In this document: one piece after another, positions 31,301 to 39,654 of the stretch | Layout of the letters: every line of letters begins with the position of its first letter | How positions within the stretch are numbered: position 1 is the first letter of the stretch | Origin: Candidatus Krumholzibacteriia bacterium | GTDB lineage: Bacteria > Krumholzibacteriota > Krumholzibacteriia > Krumholzibacteriales > Krumholzibacteriaceae | Direction: 5' to 3' | Assembly (NCBI GenBank): GCA_963836185.1 | Contig: CAWIIQ010000001.1 | Span: 1,408,001 to 1,472,000 of the forward strand | Length of the DNA stretch: 64,000 nucleotides | Translations under genes and position numbers: made by a program | Notes under the pieces: generated by a model | Seen by the model: only the letters and a program-made list of their open reading frames with translations | Told to the model about the DNA's origin: nothing | Databases searched by the model: none

Positions 31301-32257
31301 CTCTTTGCAAGCGTCGCGAATGTGATGGCTATCGCCACCGGTGATATCCATATAGGCACCGAACTGGTAGAGGGCCGCCCAGTACCGTCGCTGACTGGGG
31401 ACCTGGAGGTCAACAGGGCAGAGGTATATCTTGTCATGGAGGAGATCGGTTCCAGCGCTCCTTCGGGAGCGGTCACCCCCTCGCTGCTGGCTCTTGTCGA
31501 CCTCGAGATTCCCGGCAATGCGTGGATAAAGACACCTGATGCGAGCATAGAGATGCGCGGGGATATCACCTTGCATCACGATACGAGAGGGACATATCTC
31601 AGAGGCAAGCTCGACCTGGTCAGGGGTTATTACAATGTTTACGGCAACAAGTTCAAGGTCCAGTCAGGCCAGCTTGAGTTTGTCCATGCCGGGGGATTCA
31701 GGCCCCTGGTCGATATCGAGGCCGAGACCCTTGATCCGGAGGGACGCAAGATATTCCTCTCCCTGCTCTGGATGGAGGATGATGTCGAACCGAAGTTGAC
31801 ACTTGTCCACGAGGATCCCGGGTACAGTGAGACGGATATCTGGAAGATGCTCGGAGGCGGTGTCGTCGACTCTCCCGGTGGACAGGAGAGCTGGGACGCT
31901 ATCGGCACGGCGCAGAACCTCGCCGCGAACTATATCGAGAGGGCGCTCAACTCCCAGATGCAGGGCATCACGATCGAACTGGAGACCGAAGCCTCCCAGG
32001 ACCGTACAGCTAATGGAGCGGAACAGAAGCAGACGATGGTCGCTGTGGGGAAATATCTTTCCGAAGGTCTCTACGTGAAGTACAGACAGGGGCTTGCGAT
32101 CTCCACTGTCAGGCAGATCGAGGTCGAGTACAGGATAAGCAGGCTTTTTCTGATAAGAACACAGCTGATAAAGCATTCCGATTCGACCATGCAGGGAGAG
32201 AGTTCGAGGAGCACAGACGAGTATAACGTCGATCTCAAGCTGCGCTGGGAGTTCTGA
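28358..32257 (+). CDS. tamB: Translocation and assembly module TamB (AsmA-like, DUF490 C-terminus)
   Basis: N-terminal membrane anchor; beta-rich repeats (L.G...DP); C-terminal VGKYLS..LYV.Y, VEYRIS, DLKLRWEF. Confidence 0.85.
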   Translation: MVKRIIRHKVTHGISLAIGLLLTAFIMMIVIFKTDFFADSAGGMFSRYLFSGTDFSLEIGKLSGNPLKHIEVRDFRIRYHGEEFSYDIVRIDRIELEYSTGSIVSGTPSFSLVELDSPHVWIKPDSTGINIIPHMEGDGGGDLPVFSVDRFVLRDGQVIFQKTERADALKDVGFEGSVGSDGKIVHIDLTGGGAEDIRRDIFLRDIAGSIEYVHKRDDARIPGGEPGEIYLDSLFIELDESAFVAEGNVDPDSMIFDLHLDAFPLDVEEVTKLADVETSHFGELQGPVYVKGTPERFSVDAVLNGIFSGYALQDFKLEGEWFPPLFRIDMGEGKFNGAQVAGNGFYTFEEPQMLLLDIEANGLDLSRGFSMDASLPDTDINGKVRLTYYTDTSLMLFDCDLRAGHIREFPFETAVVNGSYCPDSLGFGYIAVDSPTHRIRSHGSLNANDLRMYIDVTCAREDTLFRYLDIEDYSGDISMNLVIGGSFEEWELRGNGSFSDFRYNRAVVPDGEIKLVVKKEESYGVQVELTGDSCWIDPIGFSGLEVSLEYFDDLTTFKRLFLTRPGFEADMRGEVRSPDGNTEIEFSDVLITALEEEWRSNGEFTVGFSERGVEFDDLQLHSRSGALYLDCSIDEAEDLISGVFSFERAGASLLNAAGLLETPLNGTAKGTVALSGCLSDPGVDIDMTLVDSQYDTMRVDTMRLRAEYAEGLYTISEYRVSSPLGGLGLTGWLKGCAIRELLSDGREALRGYTIDLEASCEDLSLAPFLGFSKNIPFETGYFTGRVSVSDSLIHPTAAMTGSVRHLSRKNLSIPLVDIEAGLDGELVDLSGVVKITDDHVGNFAGKIPIVEEDWFYSIDMEGDIYLEMHLPPGPLGDIVGVSDLVAEANGKFSGGFKIEGPITDPVILGGLRLSKAGFRPAGMEERFREVDANILLEDTLITIQELKGKEGRDGSFSGSGRIGLLGWRPESYNIDLKVDKCLFASVANVMAIATGDIHIGTELVEGRPVPSLTGDLEVNRAEVYLVMEEIGSSAPSGAVTPSLLALVDLEIPGNAWIKTPDASIEMRGDITLHHDTRGTYLRGKLDLVRGYYNVYGNKFKVQSGQLEFVHAGGFRPLVDIEAETLDPEGRKIFLSLLWMEDDVEPKLTLVHEDPGYSETDIWKMLGGGVVDSPGGQESWDAIGTAQNLAANYIERALNSQMQGITIELETEASQDRTANGAEQKQTMVAVGKYLSEGLYVKYRQGLAISTVRQIEVEYRISRLFLIRTQLIKHSDSTMQGESSRSTDEYNVDLKLRWEF

Positions 32258-32344
32258 CCTCACGGAATATTCGTTAAATCACTTGAAAATAAACAAATCA
32301 GGGGACATCTTTAGACAGGATTAAGCCCCGCGGGAGGATAGTAG

Positions 32345-35300
32345 ATGAGGCGGTCCATAAACCGTCTGCTGGCGCTAGCGCTGATCTTGATAGCCATATC
32401 AGCCGCGACGGTGGAAAATGCCGGCGCGCAGGCGTGGTGGTTCGGTAAAAACAAGGTCCAGTACAACAAATTCAAATGGAGTGTCCTCAAGACACCCCAT
32501 TTCGATGTGCATTTCCACGAGGGATACCGGGACCTTGCCGCCAGAACCGCCGTGATCCTCGAGTACGGGTACGGCAAGCTCTCTAACGATTTCGATCACA
32601 ATATCGGGTGGAGGATCCCGGTCATCCTCTATGCGAGCCATTCACTTTTCCAGCAGACCAATATCACATGGGGCCTCCTGCCCGAAGGCGTCCAGGCTTT
32701 CGCCGAGCCGACGCGGAAGAGAATGGTGCTGCACTTCAGTGGCACGAACGAGGATTTCGCCCATACTGCGATCCATGAGCTCGTACACATGTTTGAATTC
32801 GATATCATATACGGGTCCCTGCTAAGGTCCGCCTTCGCTCAGGGAGCTCTCTTCAACATTCCCCTGTGGTTTGCCGAGGGTATCTCAGAGTACTACTCTG
32901 TCGGCGGCATGGACGCCACGGCGAGGATGTTCATGCGCGACGCCACTGTCTTCGATTATCTGCCCTATGATCTGAACTACGCGGGCGGATACATGAACTA
33001 CAAGGCTGGGCAGTCCGCCATCAACTACATAAATGAGACTTACGGACCTGGCAAGGTCGTGGAGATCATGGACCAGTTGAGGTACCAGCGCTCCCTGGAT
33101 GCTGCGCTCCAGTCTACGCTCGGTATAAATACCAGTGAGCTGTCGAAGGCGTGGAAGAAGGAACTGCGGCGCAAGTACTGGCCGAACTATGCCGACAAGA
33201 TGGAGCCCGAGCATCACGGCCGGCGACTGACCGATCATCTCAAGGAGCACAGCTACCAGAACACGAAGCCCGAGTTCTCTCCTGACGGCGAGTATATCAT
33301 CTTCTACTCGGACAAGAAGGGCCTCGACGGCATCTACCTGATGAACGCCATTACCGGCAAGATAGAGAAGAAGATGTTGACGGGATCGCTGTCCGAGAAG
33401 TTCGAGTCGATACGGTCGATGAAATCCAGCCTAGCCTGGGCGCCCGATGGGCAAAGCATCGCGTTCGTCGCCAAGTCGGACGGGCGCGACAGGTTGTTCG
33501 TCCTCTCCGTACCGAGGGGCAAGATCCTCAAAGAGGTCGATATGCCGGTCGACTTCTTCTTCAGCCCGACCATCTCTCCCGACGGGAAGATGGTAGCCTT
33601 TGTAGGGACTCATAAGGGCCGGACCGATCTGTATGTCTACGATTTTGATAAAGAGACGACGACTCAGGTGACCGACGATATGAATGACGAGGCGGATCCT
33701 TCCTGGTTCCCTTCCGGCAGGAAGCTTGCCTACAGCAGGCATCCTCTCGTCGCCGTCCAGCCGATATTCGCGCCGGACAGCGCGGGGGTCGAGAGGCTCG
33801 CCGGCGTCAACCTCCAGCTCAGCGACAACGTCCTGGAGGTAGAAACTGATATATGGACCGTTGATGTCGATACGAAAGAGAAAGAACTGCTTATCTCTAC
33901 CCCTGGTAACGACAGCGCTCCGCTGATAATCAACGGGGGTGAGGAGCTCATATTCACCTCGGACGAGACGGACGTTACAAATCTTTACAGGGGTAACGTG
34001 GTCAATGGTGCGTATCACCGCTTTACCGATGTTCTCGGCGGTATTTTTACACCCTCTATCTCAGAGGACAGGGACAGGCTCGTATTCAGCGCCTTCAACC
34101 AGGGCGGATACGACCTCTTCGTAATGGAACAGTTCTCCCAGAAGTCATCGGTCTCGTATTCCACGGGGAGCCCGATGCTCTCGGAGGCCCGTGATACGGC
34201 CAGGCCATTCGGGCAGGTGCCTGATTACAGTATCAAGGCGCCGGAGCTCTCGTCAGGGGAAACCGCTTCGACTGATCCGGCCGATTCACTCCTTAACACG
34301 ATCGACCTCGGTAAGAGGTGGCTCGGTGACGGCGATAATGTCGTGTCAGGGTCGGTCAGCGGCGAGATCTCGGGAACAGGGAGCAAACCTCCCTCTGACA
34401 AGGGAATTCCCGAGACCGGGTTTGAGCAGGATCCTCCGTTCATAGTGATAAATGAGGATTCGAAGGAAGATATCCATCCCGATTCGCTTGAGGCGAAAAG
34501 GGAGATCATGAAGCAGAAGATAGGCACGATCGAGCCGTACCACCTGAAATTCCAGCCCGATTACATCGGTAACGGAGTAGGGCTCTTCTTCTCGACAGGG
34601 CTCGGTTTCGGCCTGGCCAACCAGGTCGCGTTCAGCGATCTGCTCGGTGACCATCACATTTTCCTGCAGTTCGGCCTGTACGGGTCGCTCGAGGACAGCG
34701 ACATCATGCTGAGCTACTATTACCTCAAGCGCAGGCTCGACTACTCGTTCGGTATATTCCAGTTCAAGAACTATCTCAACTCGAGGGTTTCTTCGGTCGG
34801 GGAGATATTCACCGACTACAGGTATTTTTCAGAACGGAATTACGGAGTATACGGCAATGTCAGCTTTCCGTTCTCGATGTTCACAAGGGCCGACCTTGAT
34901 GTGCAGGCGTTCATCTCGGAGCGTGAGTTCTTCCTCACGCAGGATATGGTCGGTACACCCGAGGAGGAATATTTTCTCAGCAACGGGCTTTCTCAGAGAA
35001 GGCTCTTCCAGCCGACCATCTCAATGGTCCATGACTCGGCATATTACGGATCGTTCGGTCCGGCGATCGGGTCGAGGTGGATGATAAGTGCTTCGCGGGC
35101 TGTAGGATTCACGAGCAAGGACATCTCGAGGACGACCTTCCTGCTGGACTACAGGAAGTACATGCCTCTGTGGTACAGGAACTCGCTTGCCCTGCGAGCC
35201 GTGACGAGTATGAGCACCGGCCCTGACAGGCGATTCTTCTTCCTCGGCGGACCGCTTACGCTCAGGGGTTACGAGTACCTGCAGTTCCAGGGACCGAAGA

Positions 35301-35623
35301 TGATACTGGTAAATCTCGAGTACAGGTATCCTCTGATCGACGCGTTGATATTCGGGTGGCCCGGAAGGTGGGGGATCGGGAATATCGGCGGGACTCTCTT
35401 CTTCGACACTGGTTCGGTATGGGGAAATCCTGTCTTCATCGAGCCGATGGACCCGAGGCTGAAGCCGAGGGAGGTCAATGGGCTCGACTTCTGGAGCGAC
35501 TTCGGTGTAGGATTCTACATGAGGTTCGGGTACATGGTGCTCGACTTCCAGCTGGGCTGGCCGACCGACTTCAGGTATACAGGCAGTCCGGCATTCCATT
35601 TCTATATCGGGCCGCAATTCTAG
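32345..35623 (+). CDS. Exported multidomain protein: gluzincin-type (MA-like) peptidase, PD40/TolB-like propeller, Omp85 barrel
   Basis: FGKNKVQY; HELVH plus WFAEG.SEY; PD40 repeats (PEFSPDG, WAPDG, PTISPDG, PSWFPSG); FFLGGPLTLRGY lid; C-terminal Phe. Confidence 0.85.
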   Translation: MRRSINRLLALALILIAISAATVENAGAQAWWFGKNKVQYNKFKWSVLKTPHFDVHFHEGYRDLAARTAVILEYGYGKLSNDFDHNIGWRIPVILYASHSLFQQTNITWGLLPEGVQAFAEPTRKRMVLHFSGTNEDFAHTAIHELVHMFEFDIIYGSLLRSAFAQGALFNIPLWFAEGISEYYSVGGMDATARMFMRDATVFDYLPYDLNYAGGYMNYKAGQSAINYINETYGPGKVVEIMDQLRYQRSLDAALQSTLGINTSELSKAWKKELRRKYWPNYADKMEPEHHGRRLTDHLKEHSYQNTKPEFSPDGEYIIFYSDKKGLDGIYLMNAITGKIEKKMLTGSLSEKFESIRSMKSSLAWAPDGQSIAFVAKSDGRDRLFVLSVPRGKILKEVDMPVDFFFSPTISPDGKMVAFVGTHKGRTDLYVYDFDKETTTQVTDDMNDEADPSWFPSGRKLAYSRHPLVAVQPIFAPDSAGVERLAGVNLQLSDNVLEVETDIWTVDVDTKEKELLISTPGNDSAPLIINGGEELIFTSDETDVTNLYRGNVVNGAYHRFTDVLGGIFTPSISEDRDRLVFSAFNQGGYDLFVMEQFSQKSSVSYSTGSPMLSEARDTARPFGQVPDYSIKAPELSSGETASTDPADSLLNTIDLGKRWLGDGDNVVSGSVSGEISGTGSKPPSDKGIPETGFEQDPPFIVINEDSKEDIHPDSLEAKREIMKQKIGTIEPYHLKFQPDYIGNGVGLFFSTGLGFGLANQVAFSDLLGDHHIFLQFGLYGSLEDSDIMLSYYYLKRRLDYSFGIFQFKNYLNSRVSSVGEIFTDYRYFSERNYGVYGNVSFPFSMFTRADLDVQAFISEREFFLTQDMVGTPEEEYFLSNGLSQRRLFQPTISMVHDSAYYGSFGPAIGSRWMISASRAVGFTSKDISRTTFLLDYRKYMPLWYRNSLALRAVTSMSTGPDRRFFFLGGPLTLRGYEYLQFQGPKMILVNLEYRYPLIDALIFGWPGRWGIGNIGGTLFFDTGSVWGNPVFIEPMDPRLKPREVNGLDFWSDFGVGFYMRFGYMVLDFQLGWPTDFRYTGSPAFHFYIGPQF

Positions 35624-35671
35624 GATGCCGTCCGGCATAAGTCTCTGATTGAAACGAAAGGGCTCCGCAGC

Positions 35672-37831
35672 TTGAAGACCGAACTGAATCCGCAACAGAC
35701 GCAGGCCGTCGAGAAGACGAATGGTCATATCCTCGTTCTCGCCGGAGCAGGAAGCGGGAAGACGAGGGTCCTCACCGAAAGGATCGCCTATCTTGTCAGG
35801 GAGAAGAAGGTCTCCCCGGACCGTATTCTCGCTTTCACATTCACAAACAAGGCTGCAGGCGAGATGCGCGGCCGGGTCGCCAGGGCGGTCTCCGGTATGG
35901 GGGCGCCTTCGTGGATCGGCACCTTTCACGCGACCGGCCTTCGGATCCTCAGACGCGAGGCGAAACATATAGGGTTTAAAAACAATTTCGCGATATACGA
36001 TGAAGTCGACGTTACGAGCCTTATCAAGGATATCATGAAGAAGAAGGGGTGGAAGCTCGATGAGTACCCGCCCTCGGCGATAAGGAGCAGGATATCACGC
36101 TGGAAAACCGGTCTTGTTCCTCCTGGAGAGGCCTTCGACAAAGCGGTGGACAGGCTCGAGGAACTGTACGCCACTGTCTACGGCGAATACGACCGGCAGT
36201 TGAAGAAATGCAACGCTTTCGACTTCGATGACCTTATCGTACGGGTTGTGGAGCTCTTTGCCGCCCATCCGAAGGTGCTTGACCGGTACGCCAGGCAGTT
36301 CAAGTATGTCCTTGTCGATGAGTTTCAGGACACGAACACGATCCAGATGGTAATGATAGACATGCTCGCATCAAAGCATCGCAATCTGTTCGTGGTAGGA
36401 GACGACGACCAGTCGATATACGGCTGGAGGGGAGCAACGATAGAGAACATCCTCCAGTTCGACCGCGTCTACGCGGACACCTTGACGATCAAGCTCGAGG
36501 AGAACTACCGGTCGACAGGGACGATCCTCGACGCTTCGAACGCCGTTATCGCCAACAACGCGGGCCGCAAAGGGAAAAGCCTCTGGTCGAAGAAAGAGCG
36601 CGGTGAGGCAGTAAAGATATACCATGCGTCAGACGATCGCGGCGAGGCGCTGGAGGTCAGGCAGGCAATAGTCAAACTTATCAGGTCGGGCTGCAAGCGT
36701 GACGAGATAGCCGTCCTCTACCGTACGCACGCGCAGTCACGGGCGCTCGAGTCGGCGTTGATGAAGGGTGGGCTTCCGTACCAGATAATCGGCGGTGTTC
36801 GCTTCTACGAGAGAAAAGAGATAAAGGACCTGCTCGCATACCTCAAGCTGATCAGCAATCCCGACGACGACGTAGCCTTCCGCCGGGTGCTGAATGTCCC
36901 GAAACGCGGCATAGGGGGAGTGACGCTTTCAAAGATAGAGGAGGAGGCGGCGGGCGAGAGCCTTCATCCGTTCATCCGAAGGCCCGGTGCCCTTGACAGC
37001 CTCGGCTCGGCACAGAGGACGAGGGCGATCGAGTTCTCGAAGATGATGGCATCGTTCGAGCTGATGGCTCCCGACCAGACGGCGCACGAACTTCTGTCGA
37101 CCGTCATCGAGAGGACCGGATACAGGGATTATCTCAAGGAGGACCCGGCCACGGCGCAGACTAGGCTGGAGAATGTCGAGGAACTCCTCAACGAGACGAT
37201 GAGATTCTCCTCCTCGTCCGAGAATCCCGTGCTGGCAGTCTTTCTCGAGGAGATAGCCCTGCTGAGCGACCTCGATGCAATGAAGAACGAGGAGAAGGTC
37301 AACCTGATGACCCTTCATAACTCGAAGGGGCTCGAGTTCAGAGCGGTTCTGATCACCGGGCTAGAGGAGGGACTGCTTCCGCACTACTCGGCTTTCGATG
37401 ACGACACCGAGCTCGAGGAGGAGAGAAGGCTCTTCTACGTCGGTATGACGAGGGCGATGGAGCAGCTCTATCTATACTGCGCAGCGAGCAGGATGCAGTT
37501 CGGCAGCTGGACGGGCAACAGGCCGTCGAGGTTTTTAGCCGAAGTGCCGGAGGAGCATACTGAAGTCACGGGCCTTACTGCTCCGAAAAGGTCCTTCTCT
37601 GACGTCGCGGCATCGATCCCGTCGTTCGATTCGTTCTCGGACAGCTCGGACGTACACCGCGAGGACTCGAGGTACCGCGTCGGAGTCACTGTTTTCCATC
37701 CAAAATTCGGTGAGGGAAAGATCAAGAGCCTCGAGGGATCGGGTGCCGAGCTGAAGGTCTCAGTCCAGTTCCCCGGCTACGGAACGAAGAAGTTCCTCGC
37801 CAGCTACGCTCCGTTTACGTTCAGGCGATAA
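35672..37831 (+). CDS. pcrA: UvrD/PcrA ATP-dependent DNA helicase
   Basis: AGAGSGKTRVLT, VDEFQDTN, VGDDDQSIYGWRGA, ENYRS, TLHNSKGLEF, EERRLFYVGMTRA, C-terminal HPKFGEG. Confidence 0.95.
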   Translation: MKTELNPQQTQAVEKTNGHILVLAGAGSGKTRVLTERIAYLVREKKVSPDRILAFTFTNKAAGEMRGRVARAVSGMGAPSWIGTFHATGLRILRREAKHIGFKNNFAIYDEVDVTSLIKDIMKKKGWKLDEYPPSAIRSRISRWKTGLVPPGEAFDKAVDRLEELYATVYGEYDRQLKKCNAFDFDDLIVRVVELFAAHPKVLDRYARQFKYVLVDEFQDTNTIQMVMIDMLASKHRNLFVVGDDDQSIYGWRGATIENILQFDRVYADTLTIKLEENYRSTGTILDASNAVIANNAGRKGKSLWSKKERGEAVKIYHASDDRGEALEVRQAIVKLIRSGCKRDEIAVLYRTHAQSRALESALMKGGLPYQIIGGVRFYERKEIKDLLAYLKLISNPDDDVAFRRVLNVPKRGIGGVTLSKIEEEAAGESLHPFIRRPGALDSLGSAQRTRAIEFSKMMASFELMAPDQTAHELLSTVIERTGYRDYLKEDPATAQTRLENVEELLNETMRFSSSSENPVLAVFLEEIALLSDLDAMKNEEKVNLMTLHNSKGLEFRAVLITGLEEGLLPHYSAFDDDTELEEERRLFYVGMTRAMEQLYLYCAASRMQFGSWTGNRPSRFLAEVPEEHTEVTGLTAPKRSFSDVAASIPSFDSFSDSSDVHREDSRYRVGVTVFHPKFGEGKIKSLEGSGAELKVSVQFPGYGTKKFLASYAPFTFRR

Positions 37832-37895
37832 GCTCCTTTCAGAACACCTGTTTACATGCAGGGGGGCACTGGTTCAAGTCCAGTATTGCCCGCCA
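37823..37895 (+). pseudogene. Degenerate tRNA-Val(UAC) overlapping the pcrA stop codon
   Basis: Intact T-arm ACTGGTTCAAGTCCAGT and 3' ATTGCCCGCCA; anticodon arm CCTG-TTTACAT-GCAGG one base short; D-loop lacks GG; 5' AGGCGAT pairs imperfectly with ATTGCCC. Confidence 0.7.
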
Positions 37896-37961
37896 TTTTA
37901 CTTCAAACACATCAAAGGGATACAGCGTCATCATGTAGGAGCCGGAGGCGTGATATGTCCC

Positions 37962-37983
37962 GGGGGCACCAGGGGGGCACCAG
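37962..37983. repeat. Perfect 11-bp tandem repeat GGGGGCACCAG x2 (integrase arm-site-like)
   Basis: Directly visible, about 65 bp downstream of the pseudo-tRNA CCA. Confidence 0.6.
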
Positions 37984-38080
37984 TATGTTGGGAGGTAGAT
38001 CCTGAAGGAGATAGGGTTGCATTTCAGATATTACCAATTCAAACTGGATCCGTTCTAGGGGGTCAGGTCACACTGATATA

Positions 38081-38302
38081 GACGGGGGAGCGATATATAA
38101 TTACCATGCCAGCCCCGAGATCGACTTCTGTACCATAGCAGGCAATAAAGCAAGGGAAGGGGCCGGCATATACAGCATGTTTCCAACGTCACACCCGGTA
38201 GTGACGAACAGCATCCTGTGGAGCAACAATTCCCTGATCGGGCAGCCGCAGGTCCAGGACGTCGGAGGCGCGGTTACAAGTGTGACCTACACCGATTCGT
38301 AG
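38081..38302 (+). pseudogene. Start-less internal fragment of a right-handed parallel beta-helix repeat protein
   Basis: Reads DGGAIYNYHASPEIDFCTIAGNKAREGAGIYSMFPTSHPVVTNSILWSNN...VTSVTYTDS*; no start codon between the upstream in-frame TAG (38012-38014) and this segment. Confidence 0.65.
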
Positions 38303-38365
38303 ACAAAAAGAGTAAGATTGTCGGTCAGGTCACAAAGGGATAGGGGATCAGAGCCCTGATGATAT

Positions 38366-39563
38366 CTATACGATGAACTCCCTCGGCACGTCGTTCAGGC
38401 GCGCGATCTTCGTGATCTTGCCTTTCACATCGAAATTCATCGCACAGGAGACCGTACATGTGCCGCAGCTGCCGCACGGGTCGTTGTCCTTGACCGCATA
38501 GGACAGGGTGTCGTGGGCGTGAGCAAGATTGCGATAGCCGTATGCATACATGTGGCTGCGCATGAGAGTGGGGATGTCCAGTCCCTGGCTGCACTGAGGC
38601 AGACATATCCCGCACTGCTGGCAGAAGGGGCCATCGGGACTTTTCATGAAGACTCAGTTTCAGGTCAGACTTTTCCACGTCGCTGAGGGAAAGGTCAGCC
38701 ATCACGGAGATGTCTTTCTGGAGCTGATCGAATGTCGTAACGCCGGGCACGGCTGTATGGACGTTTTCATTCTGCAGGGCCCATTTAAGGGCCGCAGTCG
38801 AGTTGATCGGCTCTTTGCGGTCCTTGTCCCAGTAAGCACCCGCCATAGTCTTCATGGCTATGATACCCATACCATTCTTTGAGGCGTGGGCCATAGCCTC
38901 GCTGATTTCCTTGCTGTTGTTCTTTCTGAAGTTGTAGGCGACAAGGCAGACATCGTATATTTTCGCTTCTACCGCTGCCCGGATCGCTTCATCTTCATGG
39001 CTGTGGGTGGCGATCCCGATGAACCTCGCCTTGCCGGAATTCTTTATATCTTCCATCGCTTTGAGATAGGGAGCATAGAAGACTGATTCTCTTTTTGCCA
39101 TAAAGGGCAGCAGGAATATGTCTATATAGGCGACTCCCAGCCGGTCCAGGCTCTCATAGAACTTCTTGATGAAGGGCTCTACTTTGGCGCCTTCATTGAA
39201 TATCCCTTCCTTGTGATTGAAGTTCTCCGGCATGGCGCTCGTCATGATGATCACAGATTTCCTGTCACGATCCTTGATGACCTCTCCGATCATACTTTCA
39301 TTCTGTCCATTGCCGTAATACTGGGATGTGGCCAGGAGGGTCACACCTTCGTCCAGAGCGGCCCTGATCAATCCCGGATCATTGGTGTCTCCTGTACCGA
39401 TGCTGACGGCAGGCAGCTTGATCCCTGTTTTGCCCAGTTTACGGTAGACGAACTTCTTTTTTTCGGCTGATTTGGTCTCAGCTTTTACAGGGGAGCCTGA
39501 GAATACAGTCATCCCCGCTACGCCCGCGAGGCCGGTCTTCAGAAAGTCTCTGCGATTCTTCAT
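38366..39563 (-). CDS. Tat-signal aldo/keto reductase-fold protein with C-terminal 4Fe-4S domain (frameshift near 38640)
   Basis: NRRDFLK twin-arginine signal; YRKLGKTG, ESLDRLG..YID, GKARFIGIATH, GIIAMK; CQQCGICLPQC and CGSCGTCTVSC in the second frame. Confidence 0.85.
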
Positions 39564-39654
39564 TGTTCAACCCCTTGTGCTCGTGGAGGAGATCCGATAA
39601 TCGATAAACACCTGAAAGGTCATCATGTGCCAGAGCATTCCCCTGTTTATACTG

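Noticed and set aside
38325-38640. C-terminal tail of the 412-aa ORF
   Set aside because: Out-of-frame product of an indel; the real C-terminus is the ferredoxin-like frame ending at 38366.
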